64,000 bases of DNA from positions 64,001-128,000 of the forward strand of contig CAVRAL010000004.1 of NCBI GenBank assembly GCA_963719085.1. Reading direction: 5' to 3'. This DNA comes from a candidate division FCPU426 bacterium (lineage in GTDB: Bacteria > Oederibacteriota > Muellerivitia > Muellerivitales > Muellerivitaceae). Below the pieces are notes generated by a model. It was not told where the DNA came from. It ran no database searches and saw only the letters and a list, made by a program, of their open reading frames with translations. The position numbers were made by a program, and so were the translations under genes. Of this stretch, positions 63,684-64,000 are shown in pieces (within the stretch, counting starts at the first letter, position 1; every line of letters starts with the position of its first letter).

Positions 63684-64000
63684 TCAACCCTTCTTTCGGG
63701 GTTTGGCTTTTATTTTTTTATGCCGGTAATGCACCGCCGCCTTCACGAACTCCCGGAAAAGCGGATGCGGGTTCAAAGGACGGCTCTTGAGCTCGGGATG
63801 GAACTGCACCCCCACGAACCAGGGATGGTTGGCCAGCTCGATCATTTCCACCAGGTTGCCGTCGGGCGAAAGACCCGAAAGTTTCATGCCCTTGGCCTTC
63901 ATCTTGTCCCGGTAAACGTTGTTGAACTCATAGCGGTGGCGGTGGCGCTCGCTGATGAGCCCTTGTTTATAGGCCGCGAAGGCCTTGGTTCCCTTTTCCA
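63684..64000 (-). CDS. pyrG: CTP synthase, C-terminal part
   Basis: [33 protein letters not shown]; adjacent to kdsA. Confidence 0.95.
   Translation of the reverse strand, partial: EKGTKAFAAYKQGLISERHRHRYEFNNVYRDKMKAKGMKLSGLSPDGNLVEMIELANHPWFVGVQFHPELKSRPLNPHPLFREFVKAAVHYRHKKIKAKPRKKG

Overview
64 kb of chromosome from a GC-moderate diderm (LPS-making) bacterium. The abundant Thr/Pro-stalk proteins resemble poorly characterised candidate phyla such as FCPU426; that is an impression, not a tested assignment. Most genes lie on the minus strand. 0-17.7 kb: redox and housekeeping genes, a pair of unusual Cys-rich cupredoxin-like genes, acs, and an A2-type cytochrome c oxidase operon. 17.9-37.1 kb: three giant paralogous secreted proteins (1866, ~2616 and ~1273 aa), interrupted by a lone bioB. 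Each has variable N-terminal domains, a Thr/Pro stalk and a shared DUF11 + 2x FlgD-Ig-like + T9SS-CTD-like tail ending in -AILH. 37.4-51.2 kb: lipid A/LPS core cluster with five GT9 paralogs. 51.3-64 kb: trpEG, his genes, murA, RNase P RNA, RNase HI, kdsA and a partial pyrG. Main unannotated signals: (1) the giant-protein family with a shared sorting tail, shared upstream motifs and an orphan synonymous copy of the tail; (2) an unannotated Trp-containing leader peptide coupled to the hisI stop, whose RNA can pair with the trpE SD; (3) five intergenic hairpin elements built from inverted 7-10-nt tandem repeats in the his/murA/kdsA run. No CRISPR array, rRNA, tRNA or transposase was seen. All calls come from reading the sequence; no searches were run.
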